Shown: positions 28,301 to 37,487 of the stretch, piece by piece
How positions within the stretch are numbered: the stretch's first letter is position 1
How the letters are laid out: the number at the start of each line of letters is the position of its first letter
Source of the DNA: an uncultured bacterium
GTDB lineage: Bacteria; Verrucomicrobiota; Verrucomicrobiia; Verrucomicrobiales; DEV007
Reading direction: 5' to 3'
Length of the DNA: 64,000 nucleotides
NCBI GenBank assembly: GCA_963977015.1
Contig: CAXBMO010000001.1
Span: forward strand, 384,001 to 448,000
The notes under the pieces: generated by a model
Databases searched by the model: none
The model's input: the letters and a program-made list of their open reading frames with translations, nothing else
What the model was told of the DNA's origin: nothing
Made by a program: the position numbers and the translations under genes

Positions 28301-29461
28301 CTGAAGGCCGGTGGCGATGAACGGTATCAGATTCACGGCGAAATCGGGCGGGGAGGGCTCGGCGTCGTGTATCGCGCGACCGACACCGAATTGGGCCGGG
28401 AGGTTGCCATCAAGCGGGTGTTGGTGGATGCCGAGGGCGAAATCGATGGGCTGACCGATGGATTGATTGAGGAAGCGAAGATCCTTTCAACGCTGAATCA
28501 TCCCAACATCGTAACCGTGCACGACGTGGGCAAAGACGAGGACGGGCCGTATGTCGTGATGGAGCTTCTCGATGGCGAAACGCTCGATGACATCATCGCG
28601 CGGGCGGCGTTGCCACTCGATCAGTTCGAAGACTTTGTGGCTCAGGCGCTCGAAGGATTGATTGCCGCTCAATCCGTCAATCTGTTGCACCGGGATTTGA
28701 AGCCCGCCAACATCATGCTCGTCTGGCTTCCGAGCGGAAAATTTCAGGTTAAGATTCTCGACTTCGGGTTGGCCAAATTCGCAAAGGCACCGTCAGAGCA
28801 AACCATCGACCACAGCGATTCGATTCTGGGCTCGATCTTCTTCATGGCGCCGGAGCAATTCGAGCGCCTCCCCCTCGATGGGCGCACGGATCTGTATTCG
28901 ATGGGAGCCATCTTTTATTACGCATTGACCGGGCAGTACCCGTTCAACGGGACACAGGCGGCCAAGGTGATGGCGGCCCATCTCTATCATCAGGTCACGC
29001 CATTGCATGACTATCGGCCCGATGTTCCGGAGTCGGTAGTCGCTTGGATCGAAACTCTCTTCGCCCGCAACATGGACGATCGCCCCGCCGACGCGAAGGC
29101 CGCGCTCGAAGCCTGGAACCTGAAACCACCCGTGGACGAAAAACAGCTTCGCGAAGTCGCCAGCAACAATCCGGAAGTGGCGTCGCAATTGTTTGCCGAA
29201 TTCCGCGGCGAGACCAACGGATTGCTCGATCAGCTTCGCCGTGAACTCGGCGAAGGACAGGGAACGAGCGCCATGGAAACCGCCCAAACCATTCGCGGGA
29301 CTGCCTCCACTTTGGGATATACGGAAATCATTTCGATCGCCCGGGAAATCGAATCGCAAGTCGACTCCAATCCGGAGTATTGCCGGGCGTTGGTCGATCA
29401 ATTCCCTCCGGCGATGGAGCGACTGGAAGGAGCCCTTGAAAACTTAATCTGGAAAACATGA
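25301..29461 (+). CDS. hybrid sensor kinase TM-sensor-TM-HisKA-HATPase-REC-REC-HPt fused to a Ser/Thr kinase and a His-less HPt-like domain
   Basis: [37 protein letters not shown] and MDVQMP, HPt ATHALKG, then [28 protein letters not shown], then [12 protein letters not shown]. Confidence 0.92.
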   Translation: MRGSETKLARQLSRRIVLCSSFGFLCIGLIVSLVGIRPFYEQLKIEKKNQLIFAASNRRQTVDQVLARKKSIAAQITSRTKARQMLERFNAGEVPLEEAGAFVQPILTDALSRSLDVIGILRLDDQGKQFVGVGETIPPDLWVIPAPDAREPVLRGVIFSGDEPRLVVGAPITDREAKRVGTDVVLFTAGELRRIVQDYSGLGETGEMILGAARESGPEAFFPFRDGKSDSSPVREAIALAGNGATGVLSRDNAEGHEDLVAYEPLTHAPWSVLVKMDQQELFAYVRGQMLQVGLILASLIAGGTAGMLILLRPLAGKVILHTDEMEKEVRQKTASYEEAKLAAEQANRAKSEFLANMSHEIRTPMNGVLGMTELLLDTDQTPEQRQYQLLAKQSAETLLDLLNDILDFSKIEAGKLELEEAPFDLGESLGDTLQTLSLRAGQKGVELAYHIPQEVPRWLLGDVARLRQVIVNLVGNAIKFTERGEIVVRVKLAAKTEDAVELHFSVRDTGLGIPIEKQDHIFESFEQADASTTRKFGGTGLGLAISRRIAEKMGGKIWVESEEGKGSDFQFTGHFRISQEAPPEAAESLDLREITKSLLDLPVLIVDDNDTNRLILEEILRNWELKPVSTSSGREGLDSFAKVSGSDDAIQLVLLDFMMPEMDGLEFARNLRELPEGDEVTIIMLTSAAKPPGREILDELRISRALTKPAKQSDLLDAIMEALGPATRGPDTVEIAKSTVVSDEASLHFLVAEDGRVNQAVATQLLKKHGHTATVVENGREAIEALNVAQFDAILMDVQMPVMNGYEATAVIRQQEKDDPGGRHIPIIAMTANAMKGDREKCLEAGMDDYVAKPVRPAELYEAIGRLKTVRKVKKPAVREPAEKNLDHLEVFDAKTFRETMGGEDLMRTLIVEFRQESQMIMERLETALVGADGDKLHEATHALKGLVGTFCADRAFEVGSRLNAAARGGDMEAARDLFPRMEREMGDLGKALTEFRGELKAGGDERYQIHGEIGRGGLGVVYRATDTELGREVAIKRVLVDAEGEIDGLTDGLIEEAKILSTLNHPNIVTVHDVGKDEDGPYVVMELLDGETLDDIIARAALPLDQFEDFVAQALEGLIAAQSVNLLHRDLKPANIMLVWLPSGKFQVKILDFGLAKFAKAPSEQTIDHSDSILGSIFFMAPEQFERLPLDGRTDLYSMGAIFYYALTGQYPFNGTQAAKVMAAHLYHQVTPLHDYRPDVPESVVAWIETLFARNMDDRPADAKAALEAWNLKPPVDEKQLREVASNNPEVASQLFAEFRGETNGLLDQLRRELGEGQGTSAMETAQTIRGTASTLGYTEIISIAREIESQVDSNPEYCRALVDQFPPAMERLEGALENLIWKT

Positions 29462-29865
29462 AAGCAGCCAAAATTCTCATCGCCGACGACGGACGTGTCA
29501 TCCGAACGGCGATTTCCCGTAAACTCGAAGAAGAAGGATACGCTGTCACTGCGGTCGCCAGCGGCCAGGAGACGCTGGAGGTGATGGAACACGATTCGTT
29601 CGATCTGGTGGTGCTCGACATCCACATGCCGGGCATCGACGGGATCGAGGCGCTGCGCCAGTTGCGGCAAAAACACAGCGCCGTTCAATTGCCGGTCATC
29701 ATGGCGACGGCCAAGGATGAAGATGAAGACATCGTCAGCTGCTTCGAGGCTGGAGCGAGCGATTTTGTCTCCAAGCCGATCAATTTTCCGGTGCTCTTCG
29801 CCAGGATCGACACGCACCTGCGATTGAAGCAGGCCATGGAGAAGTTGGCTCAGCGCAATCCCTGA
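29458..29865 (+). CDS. single-domain response regulator
   Basis: ILIADD, LDIHMP, MATA, SKP; ATGA overlap with the kinase stop. Confidence 0.93.
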   Translation: MKAAKILIADDGRVIRTAISRKLEEEGYAVTAVASGQETLEVMEHDSFDLVVLDIHMPGIDGIEALRQLRQKHSAVQLPVIMATAKDEDEDIVSCFEAGASDFVSKPINFPVLFARIDTHLRLKQAMEKLAQRNP

Positions 29866-29930
29866 AACGGGACTCAAGCAGGAAGTAAAATGGTTGCAAT
29901 ACGGCCAGTTCGTGGCTCTTACCTCAACTC

Positions 29931-30791
29931 GTGAATCTGGAAACCTATTTAGCCCAACGCCGTTCCCTGGTCGAATCCGCTCTCGAAGCGGCTTTGCCCG
30001 AAGCCACGGAACCCCCTGAGACGATTCATCGCGCCATGCGTCACAGCATGTTTGCGGGAGGAAAACGATTGCGACCGATCCTCTGTCTGGCGGCTGCGGA
30101 AGCCTGCGATGGCAGTGTCGAGGATGCCATGCCGGGAGCGGTTTCCGTGGAATGCCTGCATACCTACACCCTGATTCACGACGATTTGCCGTGCATGGAT
30201 GACGATGATTTTCGGCGGGGCCATCCGACCTGCCACAAGGTTTACGGAGAGGGGATGGCGGTTCTGGCGGGGGATGCGCTTCAAGCCCTAGCGTTTGAGA
30301 TCGCAGCGGGGCAGGGGAGTGAGTTTGCCCGCGAGCTGGCGGTTACCGGAGGAAGCCGGAAACTGGTCGGTGGTCAGGTTCTGGATTTGGAGGGCGAAAC
30401 CAAGCAATTGACCCTGGACGAGCTGAAATTCGTTCACCTGTCGAAAACAGCCGCGTTATTGACGACCAGCATTCGATTTGGTGGGATGAGTGCGGGGGCG
30501 AACGAAGAAGAGCTCGAACAGTTGACCCGATTTGGCGAAGCGGCGGGATTGGCGTTTCAGGTCATCGACGACATCCTGGACGTCACCAAAACGAGCGAGG
30601 AACTCGGCAAAAGCGCCGGAAAAGACGAAGCTTCGGACAAATCCACCTTTCCTGCGTTGCTCGGCCTGAAGGAGTCTCGAAAAGAGGCCGATCGATTGAC
30701 AAAAGAAGCCCATTCCTGCCTCGAAATCTTTGGGGAAAAAGCCGAGGCCCTGCGCGCCCTGGCCGATTATCTGCTCAATCGCGATTATTAG
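29931..30791 (+). CDS. ispA: farnesyl/geranylgeranyl diphosphate synthase
   Basis: GGKRLRP, LIHDDLPCMDDDDFRRG, AFQVIDDILD, GKSAGKD. Confidence 0.93.
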   Translation: MNLETYLAQRRSLVESALEAALPEATEPPETIHRAMRHSMFAGGKRLRPILCLAAAEACDGSVEDAMPGAVSVECLHTYTLIHDDLPCMDDDDFRRGHPTCHKVYGEGMAVLAGDALQALAFEIAAGQGSEFARELAVTGGSRKLVGGQVLDLEGETKQLTLDELKFVHLSKTAALLTTSIRFGGMSAGANEEELEQLTRFGEAAGLAFQVIDDILDVTKTSEELGKSAGKDEASDKSTFPALLGLKESRKEADRLTKEAHSCLEIFGEKAEALRALADYLLNRDY

Positions 30792-30838
30792 GGAAAAATC
30801 GCCTCCAAACAGAAAATTCGAGTTTTCGAATTTGATGC

Positions 30839-30866
30839 TTGGCATTTGCGATTTGCGATCTAAGTT
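30839..30866 (+). promoter_or_regulatory. possible sigma70 promoter of rpsA
   Basis: TTGGCA-16 nt-TAAGTT followed by CCGCCCC, about 140 nt before the rpsA ATG. Confidence 0.4.
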
Positions 30867-30971
30867 CCGCCCCGCTTTTATCCCGGCCATGCTGGAGCCC
30901 CGATTTGTGCCAACGGAGAATGCGGAACCAGATCCTTTCGAATTCGGGGCAACGTCGGAAGTCTGAACCAA

Positions 30972-30997
30972 CCTAACAACCTAACCCTAACCCTAAC
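30972..30997 (+). repeat. four CCTAAC hexamers in the rpsA leader
   Basis: CCTAAC at 30972, then in tandem at 30980, 30986 and 30992. Confidence 0.85.
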
Positions 30998-31004
30998 CAA
31001 ATAT

Positions 31005-32714
31005 ATGGCAGCTGCCATCGTTTCAAAAAATCCCGAGTTGAGTGCTCTGATCAGTCAGAACTTTCGCACCTTCCGGGAAAACTCGATCGTCAAGGGAACC
31101 ATCCTTGAGATCAAACAGCAGGTCGTCCTCGTCGACGTCGGCTACAAATCCGAGGGCGTCATTCCCATTTCCGAGTTCGAAGACGAGGAATTTGAAGTTA
31201 ATGACGAAATCGAAGTTCTTCTCGAACGCCTCGAAAATGATGAGGGCATGGTCGTCCTCTCCAAGGAAAAAGCCGCTCACAAGCAAAACTGGGACAAGAT
31301 CGTCAAAGTTTTCGAAGATGGTGGACTCGTTCGCGGCAAGGTCAAGAGCGTCGTCAAAGGCGGACTCATGGTCAATGTCGGTGTCGAAGCGTTCCTGCCA
31401 GGTTCGCAAATCGACATCATTCCTCCAAAGGATCTCAACGAATACGTCGGCAACGTCTACGAATTCAAGATCGTCAAGGTCAACGACGACCGGAAGAACA
31501 TCGTTCTCTCACGCCGTGAGGTGATCGAAGCTGAGCGCGCCGAGCAGCGGGCCAAGTTCCTCGACACCGTCAAGATCGGCGATCAGGTTGAAGGAATCGT
31601 CAAGAACATCACCGATTTCGGCGCATTCGTCGATTTGGCCGGGATGGACGGTTTGCTTCACATCACCGACATGAGCTGGGGACGCATCAATCACCCCAGC
31701 GAAATGCTGGCGATTGGCCAACCGGTTGCTGTTCAGATTCTGGACGTCGACAAGGAGAAAGAGCGCGTTTCGCTCGGCCTCAAGCAGCTTCAGGACAACC
31801 CTTGGGAAGACATCGAAGGACGTTTCCCGGTTGGTGCCGAAGTCAAAGGCCGCATCACCAAGTTGGTTCCTTACGGAGCGTTCGTGGAGATCGAGCCCGG
31901 CGTCGAAGGTCTTATCCACGTTTCCGAACTGTCCTGGACCAAGCGGATCACCCGCCCAAGCGACGTCTTGGAATTGGAACAGGAAGTCAAGGCGAGCGTT
32001 CTCGCGATCAACAAGGAAGAGCAAAAAATCAGCCTTGGTGTTCGCCAGCTCGAGACCAACCCTTGGGACGAAATCGACGATCGCTACCCAATCGGTACCA
32101 CGATCAAAGGCAAGATTCGCAACCTCACCGCTTACGGTGCCTTTGTGGAGCTTGAAGATGGCATTGACGGCATGATCCACGTTTCCGACCTCAGTTGGAC
32201 GCGGAAGATCAATCACCCAAGCGAAGTCCTCAAGAAGGGCGACGAGTTGGAAGCCCAGGTCATCGACATCGACAAGACCAACCAGCGCATCTCGCTCGGC
32301 ATCAAGCAGCTTGAGAACGATCCTTGGAGCAACATCGACAACCGCTTCAAGGTTGGTGATCTGGTCAAGGGAACGGTCGCCAAGATCGCGAGCTTCGGAG
32401 CTTTTGTTGAGCTTCAGGACGACATCGACGGACTGGTTCACATCAGCCAACTCAGCGAAGATCACGTGACCAAGGTCAAAGACGTGATCAAAGTGGGAGA
32501 CGAAGTCGAAGCGCGTGTCATCAAGGTCGACAAGATCGAGCGCCGCATTGGTCTTTCCATCAAGGCTGTCGAATACAGCGAAGACGAATTGGTCAAGGAA
32601 ACTCAGGCATTCGAAGCCCTCAAGCCAAGCACCGACTTGGTTGGCCTCGAGCAGGCCTTCAACTTGGCGACTCCCGAAGAGTGGAGCCCAAGTGCGGAGA
32701 CCGAAGAAGAGTAG
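31005..32714 (+). CDS. rpsA: 30S ribosomal protein S1
   Basis: Repeated S1 domains (DVGYKSEG, FGAFVDL.GMDGLLHITDMSW, YGAFVE..GL.HVSE.SW). Confidence 0.98.
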   Translation: MAAAIVSKNPELSALISQNFRTFRENSIVKGTILEIKQQVVLVDVGYKSEGVIPISEFEDEEFEVNDEIEVLLERLENDEGMVVLSKEKAAHKQNWDKIVKVFEDGGLVRGKVKSVVKGGLMVNVGVEAFLPGSQIDIIPPKDLNEYVGNVYEFKIVKVNDDRKNIVLSRREVIEAERAEQRAKFLDTVKIGDQVEGIVKNITDFGAFVDLAGMDGLLHITDMSWGRINHPSEMLAIGQPVAVQILDVDKEKERVSLGLKQLQDNPWEDIEGRFPVGAEVKGRITKLVPYGAFVEIEPGVEGLIHVSELSWTKRITRPSDVLELEQEVKASVLAINKEEQKISLGVRQLETNPWDEIDDRYPIGTTIKGKIRNLTAYGAFVELEDGIDGMIHVSDLSWTRKINHPSEVLKKGDELEAQVIDIDKTNQRISLGIKQLENDPWSNIDNRFKVGDLVKGTVAKIASFGAFVELQDDIDGLVHISQLSEDHVTKVKDVIKVGDEVEARVIKVDKIERRIGLSIKAVEYSEDELVKETQAFEALKPSTDLVGLEQAFNLATPEEWSPSAETEEE

Positions 32715-32747
32715 GCCCTTTCGGTTTTCTCAAATCGAACCACTTCC

Positions 32748-32783
32748 AAAGCCGGCTCGGGATTTCCCGGGTCGGCTTTTTTT
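32748..32783 (+). terminator. intrinsic terminator after rpsA
   Basis: Stem GCCGGCTCGGG/CCCGGGTCGGC with ATTT loop, followed by T7. Confidence 0.88.
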
Positions 32784-32919
32784 ATGGACTTGGTTGTGAG
32801 GGAGCAGAGAAAGCTCTGTGACCGATCAAGAGCGCAGAAGGGAACCAAAGTGGTGTTCTTCGATGGCTCTGACGATACCGTGTCTCAGGCACTGGCAATG
32901 AAACCGCTATATGACCCCG

Positions 32920-34089
32920 TCATTGGAGGTCGACGTTCGGCCCAACATCCTGTGGTTCAAGTCGACGGATGAGCGACTCTCCTTCCCGTCTCGTGTTTGT
33001 AACCGTCACATCCACCGGCATCAGCGTCCGGTCGTGACTTCCGATTCCTTGGCCTAGAACAATTTCTTCTCCGGCGTTTCCAATCAGAGTATTGCGATCG
33101 ATGAGAATATGGCGAACTTGGGCGTACTGATTCAGTTTCGCATTGGGAACGCCGGCGCTCAAGGCGATCGCGCCATTGATCCGGTTGCCGACGCCCTCGA
33201 TGTGATTGCCGATGATCTTGTGACCCTCGCCAACGATTCGGATCCCACCGGATTGGCGCTCTCCATCGCCCAAGATAAGGTTCTCGCGAACCACGCATCG
33301 GTTCCCATGTCTCAACGTCAGGGTGCCGGCACACCCCACGAACGTGTTCTTCTCGTAAACGTTATCGCAGGATTTGTTGGAGATGATTTCGATCTCTCCA
33401 TCGCAGTTCTCGAAGAGATTCCCCGACACCACGCAATTGCCCTTCTTCATGGAAGTTTCGCTCGTCCCGATGCGAAGCGTCTCGAACCCGTTCCCGTCTC
33501 CTTTCGCGCGGTTTTTGAAATGGTTCCGTTCAATTCGGTGGCTACCAACCTGGCCGTCCCCCAGCAACCATACTACCAAGGTCACCCCGGAATGGTCCTG
33601 CCCTTCGAAAAGGCAATGATCCACCCGGTGATGATGGCCGTACAAGCTCAGCCAGTGAAACCGGATGGACGTCTTTTTCGGGTTGTAGTTTTTGAATGTG
33701 CATCGTGTCACTCGGCAATGTGCCCCGTGCACTTGCATCACATGTCCTTCCTTCAAGCTGCCGTCCCGGAAGGTAAAACCATCCAACACCACATGTTCCC
33801 CAACCAACTGCAGTGACGATTGGCCCGTCCACGCAGAGTCCGAGCGAATGATGATCGGCTGTTCAGACGTGCCGGAAATCGTGAGTTTCGCTTCTACATC
33901 CTTCCAGTCATTTCCTGAAACCACGATAACATCACCCGGCTTTGCCGCTTTGGCCACGCGCAGCAACTCGTCGGGGGAGTTTACCTGAATTTCGGCAGCC
34001 TCGATGGAGCAAGGCAGGAGTGCCAAGGCCATTCCAAGGCACATCGATAGGCGTTGCCTCCTCTGGCGAAGGTTGCGGATTACACCCAT
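32920..34089 (-). CDS. polysaccharide lyase family 6 (chondroitinase B/alginate lyase-like beta-helix)
   Basis: AKPGDVIV, HHRVDHC, NGFETLRIGTS, GEIEIISNKSCDN, TLTLRHGN; signal-like N-terminus. Exact start uncertain. Confidence 0.88.
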   Translation of the reverse strand: MGVIRNLRQRRQRLSMCLGMALALLPCSIEAAEIQVNSPDELLRVAKAAKPGDVIVVSGNDWKDVEAKLTISGTSEQPIIIRSDSAWTGQSSLQLVGEHVVLDGFTFRDGSLKEGHVMQVHGAHCRVTRCTFKNYNPKKTSIRFHWLSLYGHHHRVDHCLFEGQDHSGVTLVVWLLGDGQVGSHRIERNHFKNRAKGDGNGFETLRIGTSETSMKKGNCVVSGNLFENCDGEIEIISNKSCDNVYEKNTFVGCAGTLTLRHGNRCVVRENLILGDGERQSGGIRIVGEGHKIIGNHIEGVGNRINGAIALSAGVPNAKLNQYAQVRHILIDRNTLIGNAGEEIVLGQGIGSHDRTLMPVDVTVTNTRREGESLIRRLEPQDVGPNVDLQ

Positions 34090-34252
34090 CGCCAAACACG
34101 ATGAAACTAGCGAACGGGCACCCGTGAAGCCGAAACAAAAAATCTGTCGAAGAATAACAAACTGCAATGTGTCGGTCATTTGCTGCTGCCCCCATTCGCT
34201 GGGTTGGTCTTCCGGGACCTTAAGGCGGGCAACGAGAGCCATGCTGCGGCCT

Positions 34253-36274
34253 CTATTTCTTCTTACCCTTCTTGTAATCCTCAAGCTCTTTGCCGCGAAC
34301 GACGGTTTGGTCCGCCAAAACCAGGCTGAACTCACCACGGGTCTCCTTGGCAATCTTTGTCATCAAGTCCTCCGTCGCACTGTTCAAGACCATCATGTTG
34401 ATGGTGTTGATCTTCGGCCGTCCTTTGGACTTGGCGTACTTGATGATGTCGTCCACGACTTTCTCTTTGCCGGAAATTCCGAACGCTCCATCAGTCATGA
34501 AGAAAATCGTATCGGGCTCCATGTTGATGGCCATGTAGAGAGGCCAGCGCCAATCCGTGCCGGCCCCAAGTTTGGTTTCCTCGATGATTTTGAGCGACTT
34601 GCGGATGTTGCTCCGGGTAGAGGGCATGTATTTACCCTTTGGCAATTCCCTGGGATCGAGGCCCCAGGACGGATGAAAGAGTGCGTTGAATTTTCCGCCT
34701 TTGGGAACCCGCTTGTCTTCGTTCTCTCCCATGTACCAAACCCACTTGTCGTTTCCTCGTTCAGCCTCGATGACGAAATTGTCCCATTTTTCCTTGTTCG
34801 ACTTCATGTAACTTTGTTCGTGATACCACGCGGGGCCGTGAAAGAAGATCAACTGATAGTCGATTCCTCCGGGGAGCGCGTTCACGGACTTCGCGAGTTC
34901 CTTGCGCATCAGCGTGTCCTTATCCTGGGACTTCATGGAGAGGGAATAGTCGACGGCGAAGACCACCTTCTTGGAGGTCGACTTCGAACCGAAAAACGAG
35001 ACCATTCCTCCGTCTTCGCCGGCGTCGAAACTCATGCTTGCGCCAAACCCGTCGCCCATTCCAATTGGATCGAAAGAGATGAGGTCTGTCTGAATATCCG
35101 GCATCGCCACGGCTGAGGCTCCCGCAACACTGACGACTTCCATTTGACTGGATGCGGACTGAACCGGTTTGCGCTGGACCTGCTTTTGAAGCTCCTGCTT
35201 CTGCATCGTGTCCTGATCGAGCACTTGCGCGGCAGATGCGACAATCTGCGGAGGCTGCTCCTGCGGCAAATTCATGGCGACCAGTCCGAAAAGTAGGGCC
35301 AAAACGACGTGAGCGACGACTGCGATCATCACCGCAGACATCTTCTGATTCTTGTCATTGTTCTTCTCCATCGCTTTGACGACTGCGCCTGCCTCAGCCA
35401 CCATCAAATGCCGGGTTTGGTGAAGATGATTCTCGAATTCAACGACTTCCTCGCCGCCCTGATCCACAAGGTGTGCATGGGGATCGAACGCTTCCGGAGT
35501 GACCATGTGTGCCGCCGTTTCACGAAGATCAGGGACTGGCTTGAGAGGGTTTTTTGGGGGCGCAACGTCCGCTTCAACGGCCGGAATCATCGTGATTGCA
35601 GATTCTACCGGTTTTGAAGCTTCCGGTTCAGGAACCTCGGCAACCGGACGCGCTGGGATGACGGCTTTTCCGGGGGGAGGCGTCATCGGTGCCGGGCTGG
35701 CCATGGTTGGGGCCTGGATTTCGGCAATTGCCGGGGGAGCGGCTTCCTGAGGGGGCTCCTCGATTGCAACGGGCTCCTCAACGGCCACGGGTTCCTCAAT
35801 GGCCACGGGTTCGACGATTTCGACCGGCTCGGCGGCAGCAGGTTGTTCCGTTGGAGCCACGACTGCAGGTGCGGCTGGCTCCATATCAGCGAGCTTGGCT
35901 GCCAAAATGTCATCCTCCAGTTCCGCATTCAGGGCAACCGCAGTGTTGTAGTGCTCCCGCGCCTTATTCAGGTTTCCGGTTTTCGCCATCAATTTGGCGG
36001 TGAGATAGTGCCCGACCGCGCTGGAAGGCTTGTGGGCGACGAATGCGGACAAAATGGGTTCTGCGGCAGCTGGCTGACCGGCTTTCACGGCATATTCCGT
36101 CAGTTTCCGCAGTTCAGCTTCGGTTCCCGGCGCAACCGTCGCTTCTCCAATCACTTGGACGACATCGGCATGGGCTTCGCCAGCGCTCAGTTTGTCAAGA
36201 AGCTCGAAACGAACGGTCCAGTCTTCAGGTGAATGTTGAAGAGCGTTATACAGAGCTTGTTCGACGGTATTCAT
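34253..36274 (-). CDS. TPR-like, Pro/Ala/Glu linker, TM and extracytoplasmic vWA-domain protein
   Basis: Helical TPR-like N-terminus (GHYLTAKLMAKTGNLNKAREHY), low-complexity linker, TM AVMIAVVAHVVLALLFGLVAM, MIDAS VDYSLSM...GTDW...FMTDG. Start at ATG 36274. Confidence 0.75.
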   Translation of the reverse strand: MNTVEQALYNALQHSPEDWTVRFELLDKLSAGEAHADVVQVIGEATVAPGTEAELRKLTEYAVKAGQPAAAEPILSAFVAHKPSSAVGHYLTAKLMAKTGNLNKAREHYNTAVALNAELEDDILAAKLADMEPAAPAVVAPTEQPAAAEPVEIVEPVAIEEPVAVEEPVAIEEPPQEAAPPAIAEIQAPTMASPAPMTPPPGKAVIPARPVAEVPEPEASKPVESAITMIPAVEADVAPPKNPLKPVPDLRETAAHMVTPEAFDPHAHLVDQGGEEVVEFENHLHQTRHLMVAEAGAVVKAMEKNNDKNQKMSAVMIAVVAHVVLALLFGLVAMNLPQEQPPQIVASAAQVLDQDTMQKQELQKQVQRKPVQSASSQMEVVSVAGASAVAMPDIQTDLISFDPIGMGDGFGASMSFDAGEDGGMVSFFGSKSTSKKVVFAVDYSLSMKSQDKDTLMRKELAKSVNALPGGIDYQLIFFHGPAWYHEQSYMKSNKEKWDNFVIEAERGNDKWVWYMGENEDKRVPKGGKFNALFHPSWGLDPRELPKGKYMPSTRSNIRKSLKIIEETKLGAGTDWRWPLYMAINMEPDTIFFMTDGAFGISGKEKVVDDIIKYAKSKGRPKINTINMMVLNSATEDLMTKIAKETRGEFSLVLADQTVVRGKELEDYKKGKKK
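35753..35830 (-). repeat. degenerate 18-bp coding tandem repeat
   Basis: Encodes EPVEIV-EPVAIE-EPVAVE-EPVAIE-EP inside the vWA protein linker. Confidence 0.7.
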
Positions 36275-36357
36275 GGATGAGGGGAAAACGAGCGATTGGG
36301 GAGAATCTTTGAAAAAAGACTCTAATTCTATCAACTTGGTTCTGTCGAGTGCGATTC

Positions 36358-37398
36358 TTAAGTCGCGAACCCCAACTCTCGCTTCACAATTTCGATGCCG
36401 GCGACCATGTTTTGGAGCTTCTTTTTCGCCGCCCAACGGGCCGTTTGGCTCAATCCGCAATCGGGAGCAAACACGAGGCGATCCGCCGGGGCGTGATGGA
36501 GGCATTCCCGCACCCGATCCGCGATCAACTCGGGAGATTCAATGAAGTAGCTCTTTACATCGATGATGCCGACCGCGACATCCATGCGTTCCGCCACCTG
36601 ACTGATCACTTCCAACTCCGCATATTCGCGACTCGCCATCTCCAAATGCAATTCATCGACTTTCAGGTCGAGAAAATCCGGGAACAACGGGGCGTAGCGG
36701 CGGTAGCCCACGGCGTGCCCCTTGAAGTTGCCGAAGCAAAGATGGGTGCAGAGGCGCGTTTTGCCAATGACCGGCTCGACCGTGCGATTGAAGATGTCGA
36801 CAAATCGCTTGGTGTCCTCCCTGTAGCCGTAGCAGCTCATGGATGGCTCATCGACGCAGATTTCTTCGCAGCCAGCTTCTACCAGGGCCTCCAGTTCATC
36901 TCGGATCAGCGGCAGAAGCGCCTCGGTGACGGCATAGCGATCGGGATACTCGGCATTCGGAACGAGTCGGCCGCTCATGGTGAAGGGGCCTGGAACGCTC
37001 ATTTTCAAGCGTGGGCCAGCTGGAGCGAGGCGTTTGAGGCGCTCGAATTCCTCGACCGCGCCGAGACCCCGCGGAGCTGCCAACGTCCCTGAAATTTCAT
37101 GCTTCCCGCGCTGATCGTGAGCCGGTGGGCCAAATTTTCGTGGGCTGTCCGGTTCCAGCTCGATCCCGTCGATAAATCCGTAAAAGCTGAGATTGAAGTC
37201 AAAACGCGTTTGCTCGCCATCGGTAATCACATCGAGTCCGCTGTGAACCTGGTCCTGAATCGCGACCGTCGCAGCGTCGTCCTGCATTTCGGCCAAATCC
37301 GCGGCTCCAAACTGGTCCAGGTTCTGCGAGGCGAACTCAAGCCAGCCGGGAAAGGGGTAGCTGCCAATGACGCTGCTGCGAAGGGGGCGCTCTTGCAT
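36358..37398 (-). CDS. cobalamin-independent methionine synthase II family, catalytic domain only
   Basis: VIGSYP, ITDGEQ.R, VPGPFT, VDEP, HLCFGN (Zn HxC), PDCGL. About 346 aa; lacks the MetE N-terminal half. Confidence 0.88.
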   Translation of the reverse strand: MQERPLRSSVIGSYPFPGWLEFASQNLDQFGAADLAEMQDDAATVAIQDQVHSGLDVITDGEQTRFDFNLSFYGFIDGIELEPDSPRKFGPPAHDQRGKHEISGTLAAPRGLGAVEEFERLKRLAPAGPRLKMSVPGPFTMSGRLVPNAEYPDRYAVTEALLPLIRDELEALVEAGCEEICVDEPSMSCYGYREDTKRFVDIFNRTVEPVIGKTRLCTHLCFGNFKGHAVGYRRYAPLFPDFLDLKVDELHLEMASREYAELEVISQVAERMDVAVGIIDVKSYFIESPELIADRVRECLHHAPADRLVFAPDCGLSQTARWAAKKKLQNMVAGIEIVKRELGFAT

Positions 37399-37487
37399 GG
37401 GCAAGCCTGTCGGCTGATTCGCGGAAATGCAAGGGAATCGCAAGGACCAGAGTTGCGCTTCCGCGTTTTTAAGGGATTCTCAATCCC

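Noticed and set aside
25334-28336. Long minus-strand ORFs (563 aa and 308 aa) opposite the hybrid kinase
   Set aside because: Antisense shadows of a well-supported gene with no motifs. The same applies to ORFs opposite rpsA, DUF1501, hrpB and the radical SAM gene.
30980-30997. CCCTAA repeats as telomeric or eukaryotic contamination, or as a CRISPR array
   Set aside because: Only a few hexamers, embedded seamlessly in the rpsA leader, with no spacers or cas genes.
36275-36505. Apparent overlap of the vWA ORF with the methionine synthase gene
   Set aside because: Artefact of the longest-ORF start. ATG 36274 removes it. Similar extensions of prs, the chorismate-lyase-like gene and the PL6 gene were trimmed.
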